DNA from: Spirochaetia bacterium
GTDB taxonomy: Bacteria > Spirochaetota > Spirochaetia > DSM-2461
Length of the DNA: 64,000 nt
Assembly (NCBI GenBank): GCA_963666985.2
Contig: CAXXIA010000002.1
Span: forward strand, 32,001-96,000
Reading direction: 5' to 3'
This document shows, in pieces, positions 1-10,647 of the stretch (position 1 is the stretch's first letter; every line of letters begins with the position of its first letter). A program made the translations under genes and the position numbers. The notes beneath the pieces are model-generated. The model was not told the origin of the DNA and did no database searches. It was given only the letters and a program-made list of their open reading frames with translations.

Positions 1-1278
1 CGGCGGCGGCGGATCGGGCAATCCGGCCAGAACCGCTTTGGCCTCTTCCAGTGCCGCCGCCGTGCCCGGACCGTCCATCTTTTTCGGGACGGCATCCTCC
101 AAGGAACCCGTTCCGGGATCGGAAAAAAGAAACCGAAGCATGGGCGTTATATCGTTTAAGAGCTTGAGCCGTTCGCGAATAAGAGGAAAGGCTCCTTCAA
201 GAATCGCCTGTTCCTCGGGCAGCGGCGGATCGGCCGTAACACCGTCGGCCGCGAGAATGGAAAGCAGCTGAGCTTTAAGATCCTCCGGGCTTTTCATACG
301 GATGTACTGACCGTTGAACCAGTCGAGTTTCTTATAGTCGAACACGGCCGGTGATTTATTGATTTTCTCCAGGGAAAAGAGCGTGCAAAGATCGTCCTTG
401 GAGAAGAACTCCCGCGAATCATCGTAACTCCAGCCTAAAAGAGAGACATAATTCATCACCGCTTCGGGCAGATACCCGGCCTTGCGGAACTCGGTTACCG
501 CCGTGGCGCCGTGACGCTTGGAAAGCTTCTGACCGTCTTTTCCCATCACCATGGGCAGATGGCAATAAATAGGAACATCCCAGCCGAAGGCCTCGTAAAT
601 CAAAACATGCAGAGGACCCGAAGGAATCCATTCCTGCGCCCGCATGATATGGGTAATCCGCATCATATGGTCGTCGATAACGTTCGCCAGATGATATGTG
701 GGGAATCCGTCGGTTTTAAGAATTACAGGATCGGGATTGATGTCCTTGTTTTTACGGCCGGTCTCGCCGAGCAGAACATCCGTAAAAACGGTTTTGCCCT
801 CCAGAGGGATCTTCAAGCGAATAACATGCTTCTCTCCGGCGGCAATACGCGCCGCGGCTTCCTGCGGCGGGATATCGCGGCAATGACGATCGTAGCCGAT
901 GTTCTTCTTGGCCGCTTTCTGCTCTTCCCTGAGAGCCTCCAGACGCTCGCCGGTGCAAAAACAGGGGTAAGCCTTCCCCGCCGCGACCAGTTCGGCCGCT
1001 TTGGCGCTGTAGAGTTCTTCGCGTTCGGACTGAACGTACGGACCGAAGCCTCCGTCTTTTCCCGGCCCCTCATCGTAATCCACACCCAGCCAATTCAGTG
1101 TGGCATATAAATCTTCCAAAGCCTCGGGTGTGGAACGTTCGCGGTCGGTATCTTCCACGCGAAGAATAAATTTCCCGCCGTTTGCGCGGGCGAAAAAATA
1201 GTTGAACAGAGCGGTACGGATACCGCCGATGTGCTGAAGTCCTGTTGGTGACGGGGCATAACGGACACGAACGCTCAT
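1..1278 (-). CDS. gltX: Glutamate--tRNA ligase (5' part; 3' end lies outside the window)
   Basis: Translated by hand from the ATG at 1278: MSVRVRYAPSPTGLQHIGGIRTALFNYFFARANGGKFILRVEDTD (HIGH-type motif), later MGKDGQKLSKRHG (KMSKS-type motif). Absent from the ORF track because it runs off the edge. Confidence 0.96.
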   Translation of the reverse strand, partial: MSVRVRYAPSPTGLQHIGGIRTALFNYFFARANGGKFILRVEDTDRERSTPEALEDLYATLNWLGVDYDEGPGKDGGFGPYVQSEREELYSAKAAELVAAGKAYPCFCTGERLEALREEQKAAKKNIGYDRHCRDIPPQEAAARIAAGEKHVIRLKIPLEGKTVFTDVLLGETGRKNKDINPDPVILKTDGFPTYHLANVIDDHMMRITHIMRAQEWIPSGPLHVLIYEAFGWDVPIYCHLPMVMGKDGQKLSKRHGATAVTEFRKAGYLPEAVMNYVSLLGWSYDDSREFFSKDDLCTLFSLEKINKSPAVFDYKKLDWFNGQYIRMKSPEDLKAQLLSILAADGVTADPPLPEEQAILEGAFPLIRERLKLLNDITPMLRFLFSDPGTGSLEDAVPKKMDGPGTAAALEEAKAVLAGLPDPPPP

Positions 1279-1495
1279 AATCGGCCTCTTAGAAAGAAGA
1301 TGGATTTGCAGTATATCGCCACAGAAGAATTCGGAGAATCCCCGTAATACAGCCGAAACCTTCCTGAAAATCAGGGAAATGGTTTTATAAAAAAGCCTGA
1401 CGGGAATCGAACGCATAGCGGCTGAGAAACGTATAAAAACTGCGCCGCCGCATAAAACCGGCACATCGGACTCGGTTTTCAACCGCGGAAAATAT

Positions 1496-2083
1496 TTAAT
1501 CGTTCAGCAGCGATTCCACCTCCTGCCGGACCTTGTCGGCATTATCGAGAACGCTCTCCACATCCTGATTTTCATTAAGCGACAGTTCGATGCAGGCTCT
1601 GAGGTACTCGATTCTCTGTTCGTTGTTTCTTGTTTTAACCCGATTAACCGCGACCATTTTTCGATTGTTGTCTATCTGATTCTCGGCTCTGGTTATCGCC
1701 TCATTCTCCCGCCGTTTACGGTTTTCCAGTTCATATCGGGACCGGCGGTTTTCTTCCATACGGTTTTGAAGTTCTTTATGCACCTGAGGATCAACAACCG
1801 ACTGCATCAACGTATAGATTTCACCGGCGGAAGCGCTCAGCCGATCCGCCATATCGTCGGCCAATACGATGAATTCCCGACTTTTCTCGATTTCATTTTC
1901 AAGATTGGAGGACTCGGCATCCAGTTCGCTGTTTCGCTGAGCCATACTCCGATTGTTCTCCTCGAGTTCATTAATTTCACTCTCGGCTTCCGTAACAACA
2001 ACGTAATGAGGAACCTGTGACTGTGACGCGAGCGAAGCACAAACAACTGCGAGAAACGCGAAGAGAAGAATAATGCGTTTCAT
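1496..2083 (-). CDS. Secreted coiled-coil hypothetical protein
   Basis: Signal peptide MKRIILLFAFLAVVCASLAS, an E/N/R-rich helical body and AAGGAG RBS upstream. Confidence 0.75.
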   Translation of the reverse strand: MKRIILLFAFLAVVCASLASQSQVPHYVVVTEAESEINELEENNRSMAQRNSELDAESSNLENEIEKSREFIVLADDMADRLSASAGEIYTLMQSVVDPQVHKELQNRMEENRRSRYELENRKRRENEAITRAENQIDNNRKMVAVNRVKTRNNEQRIEYLRACIELSLNENQDVESVLDNADKVRQEVESLLND

Positions 2084-2216
2084 GATTGACTCCTTGGATT
2101 TTTTAAATAAACGAAAAATCTATTAATAATCCTCCGGATGACGGCTTTTCATCAATCATTTTCTTATCCGCGGAGTAATCTTCTTCCGTACTTCTCAATT
2201 CGGATTCTTAGGATTG

Positions 2217-3023
2217 TTAAGTTCCATTTGCAAGAAGTATCTCTCGAGCTTCGTTCACTCGAGAAGCCATAACAACGGCCATAAGATGGTCTTCCTTGGA
2301 TCTCTGAAGAAGACGCTCTCCGGCCGTACCGGAAAGCCGGTTTCTCAATTCCGTTCTTGCCGCCGCCGCTTTCTCCAGCTGAGATTCCGTTAATGCGTCC
2401 GTATATTGAAATAACAAACCGCATGAGAGAATCCGTATGGATGGATCTTTCCCGTCAAGCAATTCGAGCAATTCGTCAATTCCGTCCCTGCCGATCGAAA
2501 CGGCACGGCACCATTGGGCCCAATCCCTTCTTTTCGTTTTGGGATTATCGGCCAGCGGACCGAAATAAGCTTTGACGGCCTCCCGGTTCTGTTCTAAAAA
2601 AACAGGGATACCTAAAGCAACCCCCATGGACGGCAGCATCGCGGGCTTTTTTTCCCTGATTTCCTTTTCAAGCTTCTTGACGGCTTCAAGATTGGAAACC
2701 GAGAGAGCTGTGTTGATTAAAAGATTCGCATAAGGCTTCTTCAGCCGGCCCTTTGCGTATAATCGATTCTCAAGCCAAGCCAAAAGCGCCGGCCAATCTT
2801 CCTTCTCAAGAAAATCGAAAAGTTTCCAGTTCATAATGAAATAGGTATCGAGCGCACCGATCAGAGCGATAAAGAGAAGTGCGATAATCCACATGTTCCC
2901 CCAATAGATCGATGCGTAATCTTTTCCGAAAAGCAAAAAGGATGCGACTGTAAAAATAATAAGCGCCGCCGCGACAACTGCGTTAAAAAGCCAAAAAATG
3001 GACTTAAATCTCATTCCATGCAT
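2217..3023 (-). CDS. Hypothetical membrane protein (two N-terminal TM helices, helical soluble domain)
   Basis: 268-aa ORF with two hydrophobic segments, then an amphipathic helical region. Confidence 0.75.
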   Translation of the reverse strand: MHGMRFKSIFWLFNAVVAAALIIFTVASFLLFGKDYASIYWGNMWIIALLFIALIGALDTYFIMNWKLFDFLEKEDWPALLAWLENRLYAKGRLKKPYANLLINTALSVSNLEAVKKLEKEIREKKPAMLPSMGVALGIPVFLEQNREAVKAYFGPLADNPKTKRRDWAQWCRAVSIGRDGIDELLELLDGKDPSIRILSCGLLFQYTDALTESQLEKAAAARTELRNRLSGTAGERLLQRSKEDHLMAVVMASRVNEAREILLANGT

Positions 3024-3092
3024 CCTTTGTCCCGGATTTCCCTGAAACGGGAATACAGGCTATAATGTAAAAAAGTCTAGTCGAGCATTACG

Positions 3093-4304
3093 ATGGGGGT
3101 CAATGATAAAGCGATGTCCGCCAAGAAAAGGATTCCGTTAGAGGAACTCAAACCGAATACATACTACGACGCTCCGCTTTGGCTCGATGACCAATTTCTC
3201 CTTATACCGAATGAAGCCCCCGTAACGGAGATTCTCATCACGAATCTTAAAACATGGGGCTACAAATGCATTTGGACGGAAGGCTCCCTGGCTTCGGGTA
3301 AAATCACGGCCTCGGCCGAAGCCATCTCCGGAGCCGTTCTGAACAATGACGCCAAAGAATTCGAAGGCCGTCAGAAAGCCAAACGTTTTTTTGAAGATTT
3401 GGCAAAGTTCGCCCAGAAAATCTATGACAATTTCAATCGGGAAGGGAATCTCGACGTTTCCGCCATCACGGAAAAAATGAAGAACTGCATCCAGATGATT
3501 AAGGACTACAGGCCCTATATGCTCAGGCTCCCCGACCTTAAAGCCGACGGCATTGATTACCTTTATACCCATTCGGCGAGGTCCACCATTATCGCATTGG
3601 CCATAGGCGATGCCCTGAAACTTCCCAATTTCAGACTTATAGAACTCGGCATAGCCGCCGTACTTCATGAAATCGGTATGATGAAGATACCGCGGCAGTA
3701 TTATGATAAATCGACAAAACTGACCGAAAAAGAACGGCGGCTGATTACAACGCACACCTCATTGGGTTTCAAAATGCTTCAGGAATACTCAAAGGAAAAT
3801 CCCAATCCTCTCGCGCAAGACATCCTTTTGGGAGTTCTGCAGCATCATGAGAGATCCAACGGGTCGGGATATCCTCAAGGCTTAAGCAGCGAATCCACTT
3901 CTTTATTCGGGAAAATCATCGCCGTAGCCTGTTCCTATGATGCCCAGATTTCCAACCGTCCTCACAAAGACGGCGTGGACGGCTATACAAGCATGCTTAT
4001 GATGCTGAAAGAGATGAGGAATCTCTATGATGAAAAAGTCATCTCCGCAATGATCAGCGCCATTTCCATCTACCCTCTCGGAAGCTACATCCGGCTCCAA
4101 AGCGGCGCCGTCGGGATTGTCGTGGATACCGGTTCCGAGAACCCCAAGTACCCGGTTGTGAAGCTGCATCTCGATGAGAATCTTCATTTGTTCAAAGAAC
4201 AGCCCATAGTCAAAACAAGCGACGAAGAAGGGATGTCGGTAGCCGGAGTCCTCAGCGAAGAAGAAATCAAGGATTTAATCGATCAGAAGCTGCTGCCCCG
4301 GTAG
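3093..4304 (+). CDS. HD-GYP domain protein (c-di-GMP phosphodiesterase-like, degenerate HD motif)
   Basis: LHEIGM, HHERSNGSGYPQGL and IYPLGSYIRL motifs; TATAAT at 3061-3066; true start may be 3114. Confidence 0.9.
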   Translation: MGVNDKAMSAKKRIPLEELKPNTYYDAPLWLDDQFLLIPNEAPVTEILITNLKTWGYKCIWTEGSLASGKITASAEAISGAVLNNDAKEFEGRQKAKRFFEDLAKFAQKIYDNFNREGNLDVSAITEKMKNCIQMIKDYRPYMLRLPDLKADGIDYLYTHSARSTIIALAIGDALKLPNFRLIELGIAAVLHEIGMMKIPRQYYDKSTKLTEKERRLITTHTSLGFKMLQEYSKENPNPLAQDILLGVLQHHERSNGSGYPQGLSSESTSLFGKIIAVACSYDAQISNRPHKDGVDGYTSMLMMLKEMRNLYDEKVISAMISAISIYPLGSYIRLQSGAVGIVVDTGSENPKYPVVKLHLDENLHLFKEQPIVKTSDEEGMSVAGVLSEEEIKDLIDQKLLPR

Positions 4305-4324
4305 AAACCATGAAGGCCGTTTCG

Positions 4325-5746
4325 TTACGGAAGAAATTTCTTAATTTCATAGTTCTTCTGAACTTGGATTCGGCATTCTCTTAATGAAGAATATTCTCCG
4401 GCGGCAATGGACTGGACCATGATGTTCCCGATAGCCGTTGCTTCTGCGGGGCCCGCATAGACCGGGATGCCGGTGGACTGTGCCGCAAACCGGCATAAAA
4501 GTTCATCCCGGCACCCGCCGCCGATAATATGAAGCACTTCGGACTTTCGTCCTATGATTTTGTCCATACATTCCAGCGTTGTTCGATAAGATTCCGCCAG
4601 ACCTTCAATAATCGCGCGGACTATGAATCCGGGATCTCTTAAGAATTCTTGATGAGTTTCTTGAGCATAAGCGGCGATACGATCCACCATGCTGTCGCCG
4701 GGCATTCCGGGATTTACAAATCGGTTATCGTTAACATCAAGTTTAAGGGGAGATGGGCCTATGGTTTCCGCAAACGTACAAAGATCATCAAAGGACCATT
4801 TTTCGCCCTCTTCATCCCATGTCCTCTTGCATTCCTGAATCATCCAGAGACCGATAATATTTTTTAAGAACCGGAATCCGCCGTCGGCACCGCCTTCGTT
4901 GGTGAAATTATATGTATAGCTATCTTCTGTAATGATGGGTTGCGGAGTTACCGTCCCGAGAAGAGACCAAGTCCCTGAACTTACATAAGCATAAGGCTCA
5001 TCATTAATTACCGGTACGGCGGCAACGGCGCTGCCGGTATCATGCGTTGCCGGTGATACGACAACGACATCGGGATGAGCTCCAATCTCCGCCGCTATAC
5101 TTGGCAACAAACGTCCAAAAACCGTACCGGAAGGGACCACTTCACCAAAATGTTTTTTATTCAAACCGAGCAGTTCCAATAAAGGTTCCGACCAGTCCCG
5201 CGTTTTCGGATTATACAGCTGCATTGTCGTGGCATAGGAGAACTCATTTCTCATTTCTCCCGTCAGCCAATACATTAAAAGAGATGATGTTGTTAAAACA
5301 TGAGATGCGGAGTCCAAAAGATAGCCATGAGTCATTCTCTGCGCATAAAGCTGAAATAATGTATTGATATCCATAAACTGGATACCGGTTTCTCTATAAA
5401 TCGTTTTTTTCGGTATTTTGTCAAAAACCTTCTCGGGGATTCCTTGAGTTCGAGAATCTCGATAGTTATAGATGTTTCCAATCAAATCACCATGTGAATC
5501 CAGCAAGGCATAATCCAAAGCGCAGCTGTCGATTCCGATACTGACAATCTGATCCGGATATTGATCGAAAGCCATTCTGAGACCATGTTTAATCTCTTTA
5601 TAGATATTGAGGATATCCCAGAAGTGACTCTTGCGAATTCTGATTATCTCATTGGGGAAACGATAAACGACCTTTATGGATTCCAAATTTCCTACAATAA
5701 TTCGACCGTTTGAAGAACCAAGATCAACGGCAATGTATTTATTCAC
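4325..5746 (-). CDS. rhaB: Rhamnulokinase/fuculokinase-family FGGY sugar kinase
   Basis: AVDLGSSNGR, TGIQFMDINTLFQL, HDTGSAVAAVP, SSGTWSL, TNEGG, IIGGG and GPAEATAIGN motifs. Confidence 0.85.
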   Translation of the reverse strand: MNKYIAVDLGSSNGRIIVGNLESIKVVYRFPNEIIRIRKSHFWDILNIYKEIKHGLRMAFDQYPDQIVSIGIDSCALDYALLDSHGDLIGNIYNYRDSRTQGIPEKVFDKIPKKTIYRETGIQFMDINTLFQLYAQRMTHGYLLDSASHVLTTSSLLMYWLTGEMRNEFSYATTMQLYNPKTRDWSEPLLELLGLNKKHFGEVVPSGTVFGRLLPSIAAEIGAHPDVVVVSPATHDTGSAVAAVPVINDEPYAYVSSGTWSLLGTVTPQPIITEDSYTYNFTNEGGADGGFRFLKNIIGLWMIQECKRTWDEEGEKWSFDDLCTFAETIGPSPLKLDVNDNRFVNPGMPGDSMVDRIAAYAQETHQEFLRDPGFIVRAIIEGLAESYRTTLECMDKIIGRKSEVLHIIGGGCRDELLCRFAAQSTGIPVYAGPAEATAIGNIMVQSIAAGEYSSLRECRIQVQKNYEIKKFLP

Positions 5747-5771
5747 GTTACAGCTCCAAGGAGATAATAAG

Positions 5772-5799
5772 AAAAATCAAGGCCCTGCCGAGCAGGGCC
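5772..5799 (-). terminator. Stem-loop or weak intrinsic terminator after the SBP gene
   Basis: GGCCCTGC-3nt-GCAGGGCC hairpin (5781-5799), followed on the minus strand by TTGATTTTT. Confidence 0.5.
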
Positions 5800-5821
5800 C
5801 TGGAAACAAAAGGTGAAAAGA

Positions 5822-6832
5822 TCAGAAGTCGTAATTGTCGACGGTATCTTTATTAAATTCGGAGGGAGCACCCATGATAATGGTCTTTCCATCGGCGGAA
5901 ACACCGATTTTACCGACATTCGGGACTTCCATTCCATCGGTAATCGCTTCTCCGGTTAAAGCCTTCTTCGCGAGATAAACGGTTAAATAACTCAAAGTCG
6001 CCGGATCCCACAGCAAAGCGGCATCAACGGATCCGTCTTTTATATACGGGCGGGCATCGTTGGGGAGAGCGCATCCGATAACGGTAATATCGTTCTGAAG
6101 ACCTTTTTCCTGAATCGCCTGTCCGGCGCCGATGGGTGCGGGAGAACTGAAGCAGATTAAACCTTCCATGCTGGGATAGGCTTTAATCAGTTCCAAAGCC
6201 TTTTGATAGGCAACCTGCTGCTTCTCATCGCTTGGTACCCTCTCGGTAAGAAGATTGAGTCCGGGATATTTCGCCGCGGCATACTTAAGCCCCGCATCAA
6301 TCCAGCAATTCAGGTTCGCAGCCGAAAGACCGCCGGTGATTATGGCGTAATCCATGGTGTCCTTTCCCGCGAACTCTACGAGCTTGTCCCAGAACATCTG
6401 GCCGTATTCCACATCATCGATTTGATGTACGGAGATATCAACAACGGAAGGATCGGCCGGTGTATCCCAGTCCATAATCAAAACGCCGGCCTGCTGTGCC
6501 TTGCGAAGAACCGGAGTCATGGCCGCAGGATCATTGGGTGCCACAGCGATGCAATCAACACCTCTGGCAATAAAATCTTCAACCATTCTTACCTGCTGAG
6601 CGGCATCGGCGGTTGTGGGACCGGTATAGATAACATTAACGCCCAAGTCCTTTCCCGCCGCCACAGCACCTTTCTCAGCGGCATTAAAATAAGGGATTCC
6701 AACAAGCTTCGGCATAACAACTATGGTAAGTTCATCATCAGCCGCCGCTTTCCCTTCACCGCCGCCGTTTGCAAAAGATACAGCGGAAACGATCAATAAG
6801 AACACAAGTGTGATACAAAGTGTTTTCTTCAT
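5822..6832 (-). CDS. Monosaccharide ABC transporter substrate-binding protein (LsrB/RhaS-like)
   Basis: Signal peptide ending SFA-NGGG; PKLVGIPYF, APND, WDT and LWDP motifs; AGGAGG RBS before the ATG at 6832. Confidence 0.88.
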   Translation of the reverse strand: MKKTLCITLVFLLIVSAVSFANGGGEGKAAADDELTIVVMPKLVGIPYFNAAEKGAVAAGKDLGVNVIYTGPTTADAAQQVRMVEDFIARGVDCIAVAPNDPAAMTPVLRKAQQAGVLIMDWDTPADPSVVDISVHQIDDVEYGQMFWDKLVEFAGKDTMDYAIITGGLSAANLNCWIDAGLKYAAAKYPGLNLLTERVPSDEKQQVAYQKALELIKAYPSMEGLICFSSPAPIGAGQAIQEKGLQNDITVIGCALPNDARPYIKDGSVDAALLWDPATLSYLTVYLAKKALTGEAITDGMEVPNVGKIGVSADGKTIIMGAPSEFNKDTVDNYDF

Positions 6833-6876
6833 AAACACCTCCTATTTTTTAAGCCGTTTACCGGCTTTTTTTTGAA

Positions 6877-7857
6877 TTAATCTCTATTTCTTAAGGAATT
6901 AAGATAATTAATCGCCAAAACGAAAATTAGAATCAATCCGATAACGACGTTGGTGAGGTAAGGATTCAGCCCCGCGATATTCAGACCGCTGTATATGACT
7001 TGAATGATTGCAACGGCAATAACAACGCCGAGAACACTTCCGTACCCTCCGGCGATGTCTGTTCCGCCGAGAACGGAAGCGGCGACACTTTGCAGAAGAT
7101 ATGAAGATCCATATGTATCTTTCGCGGAGTTATAGCGCGATGCCATAATGACGGCGGAGATTCCGCAAAGAAGCCCTGAGTAGATATACAGCTTTAGAAG
7201 AAGCTTTTTCGTATCAACACCGGAATATAATGTTGCCTTTGGATTACATCCGAGCATAAAAGCTCTAAGGCCGAAGGGCGACTTATTCAGCAATATCCAA
7301 GTTACAAGAATAATTAACGAATAAATAATTACCGGGAAAGGAATTCCAAAAACATCACCGTTTCCGAAGAAAAAGAAAGATTCGGGAAAACCGGAGATGG
7401 CGCCGCCTTTTGTAATCTTTACGGAGATTCCGCCGAATAATGTCATTGTCGCCAGAGTGACAAGAAAAGGAGTAACACCAACATAGGCAACGACAAAACC
7501 GTTTAAGGCTCCGCATGCCGCCGCCGCAATCAAGAAACCGATCAAACTGACGGCTATTACCCAGAAACTTCCGATGCCGTTACTATGGAGCGTGGAAAGA
7601 ACTAATCCGCCTATAATCGCGGATAACGCGGAAGTCGCCGTTACGGATAAGTTTATTCCTCCCGTAATGATAACCACCATCATCGCGAATGTCATTATTC
7701 CGAATTCCGGCATCTGATAAGCCATAGACTGCATATTGTAGACAGTTAGAAAAGTAGACGGTGAAATCGCCGACATTAAAATAAAAACAGAGATAAAAAC
7801 AATGAATAAAATTATTTCATTTCTATACTTTTTCGTATTAATCTGCTTCACGAACAA
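6877..7857 (-). CDS. Sugar ABC transporter permease (RbsC family)
   Basis: Polytopic; GGINLSV, FLVTLAT and ASVLGGTDIAGGYG motifs. Confidence 0.92.
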   Translation of the reverse strand: MFVKQINTKKYRNEIILFIVFISVFILMSAISPSTFLTVYNMQSMAYQMPEFGIMTFAMMVVIITGGINLSVTATSALSAIIGGLVLSTLHSNGIGSFWVIAVSLIGFLIAAAACGALNGFVVAYVGVTPFLVTLATMTLFGGISVKITKGGAISGFPESFFFFGNGDVFGIPFPVIIYSLIILVTWILLNKSPFGLRAFMLGCNPKATLYSGVDTKKLLLKLYIYSGLLCGISAVIMASRYNSAKDTYGSSYLLQSVAASVLGGTDIAGGYGSVLGVVIAVAIIQVIYSGLNIAGLNPYLTNVVIGLILIFVLAINYLNSLRNRD

Positions 7858-7871
7858 TTCCTCATTTCAAC

Positions 7872-8867
7872 CTAAATATCAACTCTCACTTGAGCCTTAT
7901 CCGCAAGCTTTCGCTGAATAACATCAATACTTACGGATATTAAGAGAACGGTTCCGATTACTATGTTATGCCAAAAAACCGGTATCCTCATGAGAATGAG
8001 TCCGTTACTTAAAATAGAAAAGAGAACAACTCCCAAAACTGTTCCGATTACAGACCCGGAACCTCCCAGGATACTCGCGCCTCCGAGTACAACAGCGGCA
8101 ATAACCTGCATTTCAAAACCACTGAACGCATTAGGGTCAACCTGCCGCATTATTGAAGTGTGTACGACTGCGGCGATACCCACCAAGAAACCGATATACG
8201 AATAAATAAAGATAATTATTCCATCCGTATTAAATCCCAGTCTTCGCGCCGATTCGGGATTGCCGCCCATGGCATATATTCCGCGTCCGATGAGTGTGTA
8301 CTTCAATATCAACCATGTTAATATTGCACTTAAAATAAAGAACAACGTTGGAAGCGGCAGTCCGATATAGCCGTTTTTTGTCGTTACCTTAAAAAGAATG
8401 GTTCTTCCGAATTCTATAAAGGAATCGGGGATTCCGGTTATCCATGTACCATGTGTTATATAAAACATCATTCCGGAAATAATACTCATTGTTCCCAATG
8501 TTACGACAATTGGAGCGATTTTAAGTTTTGAAATTAATAAACCATTAATCAAACCCATTACAATTCCGCTTATTGCGGCAATAAGAAATACAAGAAATAT
8601 ATTTTCACTTATATTAACCAAAAAATGGCCTACTATAACCGTAATCGCCGCGATCATCGATCCTACAGAAACATCAATGCCTCCGGTTAATATGGAAAGC
8701 AGCATCCCCATCGCCATAATTCCCAATACGGAATTATTTCGCATCAGATCGATTAAGTTATCACAACGCAAAAATACAATATTCCCGATTGAAATAATGC
8801 TTGAAACAACCAAAACAATAAGAAGAAGCACTATTTCTTTTGATCGTATTTTTTTTATTATATCCAT
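7872..8867 (-). CDS. Sugar ABC transporter permease (RbsC family)
   Basis: GGIDVSVG, YAMGGN and AAVVLGGASILGGSG motifs. Confidence 0.92.
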   Translation of the reverse strand: MDIIKKIRSKEIVLLLIVLVVSSIISIGNIVFLRCDNLIDLMRNNSVLGIMAMGMLLSILTGGIDVSVGSMIAAITVIVGHFLVNISENIFLVFLIAAISGIVMGLINGLLISKLKIAPIVVTLGTMSIISGMMFYITHGTWITGIPDSFIEFGRTILFKVTTKNGYIGLPLPTLFFILSAILTWLILKYTLIGRGIYAMGGNPESARRLGFNTDGIIIFIYSYIGFLVGIAAVVHTSIMRQVDPNAFSGFEMQVIAAVVLGGASILGGSGSVIGTVLGVVLFSILSNGLILMRIPVFWHNIVIGTVLLISVSIDVIQRKLADKAQVRVDI

Positions 8868-8882
8868 TATTTTCGAATCCTA

Positions 8883-10397
8883 TTATGCTTCCACCTGAGT
8901 TGATACATCCAAAATAGCTTTATTCATGATGTCTGACTGAGTAACATTCGCCCCTTCGAGTTCAGCCGTAATTCGACCTCTCTTCATAACGAGAATCCGA
9001 TCACAAACCGCAAGAATCTCCGGAAGTTCGGAAGAAACCATAATGATCGAAATACCGTTTTCCGCTAAATCTCGAAAGAGCTGATGTGTATTTGATTTTG
9101 AACCGATATCGATTCCATTCGTCGGTTCATCGACCAGCAGTATTTTAGGATTGGTCGCCAGCCATTTAGCAATAACCACTTTTTGCTGATTACCGCCGGA
9201 AAGATTTATTGCCTTTATATCGGGCATGGTAGGTCTGATATCGATTTTAGCAATCCATTTCTTCACAAATTGCTGTATTTTTTCCTTTGAGAACAGCCCG
9301 ACAGAATTACTGTTCGTTGAAACGTTGGATATAAGCAGATTATCCGTAACCGTCTTTTTTAAGATTATTCCTTCAAGAAGTCTGTTTTCAGGTACTAAAG
9401 AAATTCCATATTTTATTGCTTTACCAGGAGATGTAATGCTAATTTCTTTATCTTCAAGGAATATTTTTCCACTATCGGGAATACTCAAACCGAAAAGCGC
9501 TTCAAGGACTTCCGTTCTTCCCGCTCCAACCAATCCCGTTATTCCAAGAACTTCACCTCTGTTTAACACAAATGATATATCTCTGAAATTTCCTTTTTTA
9601 CAAAGATTTTCCACCCTTAATATTGGTTTAATACATTTGCGCTTTTCATGAATTTGATATTCAATTTTTCTTCCAACCATCATGGACACGATTGCATCGT
9701 TATCCAATTCATCTTCATCAAATGTTCCGATGTATCGTCCGTCCCGTAAAATTGTAAAACGATCGGATACCGCGAATAATTCATCCAGTTTATGGCTGAT
9801 GAATAATATTGATATACCGTCATCTTTTAGTTTTCGCATTATTTCAAAGAGATTCTCAACTTCATGTTTTGACAGGGATGAAGTCGGCTCATCCATTATA
9901 ATTAATCGTGCGTTATAAATTATGGCCCGTGCAATCGCCACAAGCTGCTGTTTTGCAACGGAAAGTTCATCAAGACGAACGTCAATACTTATATCAATTC
10001 CCAAGCGATCCAATGCGCTACGGGCCAATTCCCGCATTTCTTTCCAGCTTACATGGAATGTTCCTTGCTCAATGGCATAACCGATACCGATATTTTCAGC
10101 GACGGTCAGATTGGGAAAGAGAGAGAAATCCTGATAAATTATTGAAATACCTTTTTTTAATGAAATAAGCGGTGTAATACCATCTATTTTTTCATTATCA
10201 ATATAAATTTCAGAACCTGCATCCGGCTGATAAACTCCGGAAAGAATTTTAATTAAGGTTGATTTCCCCGCACCGTTTTCACCAATCAATGCATGGATTT
10301 CACCTTTTCGGATTTCCATATCAACGTCTATCAGCGCTTTAACACCTGGGAAGGACTTTGATACTTTCTTTAGAGAAATAAAGGCTTGAGTGTCCAA
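8883..10397 (-). CDS. Sugar ABC transporter ATP-binding protein (RbsA family, two ABC domains)
   Basis: GENGAGKST, MDEPT, SHKL, LSGGNQQKV and DEPTNGID motifs; TTG start with a GGGAG RBS. Confidence 0.95.
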   Translation of the reverse strand: MDTQAFISLKKVSKSFPGVKALIDVDMEIRKGEIHALIGENGAGKSTLIKILSGVYQPDAGSEIYIDNEKIDGITPLISLKKGISIIYQDFSLFPNLTVAENIGIGYAIEQGTFHVSWKEMRELARSALDRLGIDISIDVRLDELSVAKQQLVAIARAIIYNARLIIMDEPTSSLSKHEVENLFEIMRKLKDDGISILFISHKLDELFAVSDRFTILRDGRYIGTFDEDELDNDAIVSMMVGRKIEYQIHEKRKCIKPILRVENLCKKGNFRDISFVLNRGEVLGITGLVGAGRTEVLEALFGLSIPDSGKIFLEDKEISITSPGKAIKYGISLVPENRLLEGIILKKTVTDNLLISNVSTNSNSVGLFSKEKIQQFVKKWIAKIDIRPTMPDIKAINLSGGNQQKVVIAKWLATNPKILLVDEPTNGIDIGSKSNTHQLFRDLAENGISIIMVSSELPEILAVCDRILVMKRGRITAELEGANVTQSDIMNKAILDVSTQVEA

Positions 10398-10605
10398 ATT
10401 CTCCCTCTGTTATTTATTTTTCTTTCACTATTATTCAATAAAAATCGGGCACTGTGTTGTATATTATTTTTCTTTGCTTGCATATTCCTGGAATTATCAT
10501 CCACATTAATTCCACAAGAATATACATTATTTCTCATTTATATTATTCGGCATTTGTTTTTGATTATTCTTTTCCTATTGTTTCACATGTCTTCTACGAA
10601 ATTTC

Positions 10606-10634
10606 TTGACAAGTTAAATCTCCAAATTAATAAT
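10606..10634 (+). promoter_or_regulatory. Sigma70-type promoter of the AraC gene
   Basis: TTGACA (10606-10611), 17 nt spacer, AATAAT (10629-10634). Confidence 0.5.
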
Positions 10635-10647
10635 GAAATGATACGCA

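Noticed and set aside
511..1110. 199-aa plus-strand ORF
   Set aside because: Antisense shadow of gltX
1279..1495. T-box leader for gltX
   Set aside because: No GGTGGNACC T-box motif or antiterminator found on the minus strand
5822..10397. AI-2 (Lsr) quorum-sensing importer
   Set aside because: The SBP has NL where LsrB has the AI-2-binding DQ, and lsrK/R/F/G are absent; the neighbour is a rhamnulokinase-like gene
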